Assembly (NCBI GenBank): GCA_031362565.1
Contig: JANLSU010000048.1
Span: 8,696 to 72,695, forward strand
Length of the DNA stretch: 64,000 nt
Reading direction: 5' to 3'
Origin: a bacterium
GTDB taxonomy: Bacteria > Krumholzibacteriota > Krumholzibacteriia > G020349025
Each line of letters starts with the position of its first letter. Within the stretch, counting starts at the first letter, position 1. The notes under the pieces are model-generated. The model was not told the origin of the DNA, made no database searches, and saw nothing but the letters and a program-made list of their open reading frames with translations. Made by a program: the position numbers and the translations under genes. This document shows, piece by piece, positions 63,511 through 64,000 of this stretch.

Positions 63511-63999
63511 CTACGTTACCGAGCCACCCGCCGGCGGGGGCGCGGCTGTTGCCGTCGCGCCGCTCCGGCCCAGGAGGTTGGCGATCCAAAACGTCGCGAT
63601 GAAGAACGGCAAGCCGATGAACAGCATGATACCGACTGGAAAGCGGCGCCACGCTTCGCGACTGCGTTCGGCGAGTGCGTCGACAAGCCGCACCGGCTCG
63701 TAAATCCCCGTGTACCCCTTACCGCTTTCGAGGTATGTGATCCGGTTCCGGCCCCCACCGGCATGACCCACCAGCGCCGCCACGCCCGCATGCATCACCA
63801 AACGCAATCCCGCCCGCTGTTTCGGCCGCAATCCCAACCCTTGTAAGAGCGCCATCTCGATCTGGCCGGGATTGCCGCCGAACGACCGGTCGAGCGCCAA
63901 GTGCTCGAGCGCCGCGATGACTTGGCCGGGAACCCGGAAACAGAAGTGGTGCCGCGCCCGGCCATCGCCGTCGGCGCGCAGCGCGATGGTGAAAGGGAG
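63511..63999 (-). CDS. Hypothetical membrane protein (C-terminal part; runs off window end)
   Basis: Frame is open to the window edge; C-terminal TM segment FPVGIMLFIGLPFFIATFWIANLL. Confidence 0.55.
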   Translation of the reverse strand, partial: LPFTIALRADGDGRARHHFCFRVPGQVIAALEHLALDRSFGGNPGQIEMALLQGLGLRPKQRAGLRLVMHAGVAALVGHAGGGRNRITYLESGKGYTGIYEPVRLVDALAERSREAWRRFPVGIMLFIGLPFFIATFWIANLLGRSGATATAAPPPAGGSVT

Positions 64000-64000
64000 G

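Overview
GC-rich bacterial chromosomal window with about 52 protein-coding genes. The FlgD/T9SS-like C-terminal domains and 'WxxVKxLYR' tails suggest an FCB-associated candidate phylum such as Latescibacterota, Krumholzibacteriota or Eisenbacteria; this is inference only. No rRNA, tRNA, CRISPR array or transposase was seen. From left to right the window contains: an NAD(P)H-oxidoreductase/Rieske/cytochrome b operon with a divergent Rrf2 regulator; a ~1 kb duplication (HMG-CoA lyase 3' fragment, promoter and structured RNA, with two perfect Rex boxes in one copy); leucine-catabolism genes; a cluster of envelope c-type cytochromes; preA; four secreted paralogs (A-B-A-B) sharing a short C-terminal tail; housekeeping genes; a putative sigma54-driven secreted metalloprotease pair; a complete suf operon; a membrane Ser/Thr kinase; an M16 peptidase pair; acpS; an envelope redox cluster; fabI; and a tubulin/FtsZ-like protein. 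The strongest finding is a hidden selenoprotein at 52482-53357 that the ORF track splits in two. Its in-frame TGA lies in a U-P-F-C redox motif followed by a SECIS-like hairpin, and it has a signal peptide and a FlgD/T9SS-like tail. It is translationally coupled to a TlpA thioredoxin and a Cys-tailed outer-membrane barrel, which suggests an outer-surface selenium-based redox relay. All product calls come from motif recognition by eye; no database searches were run.
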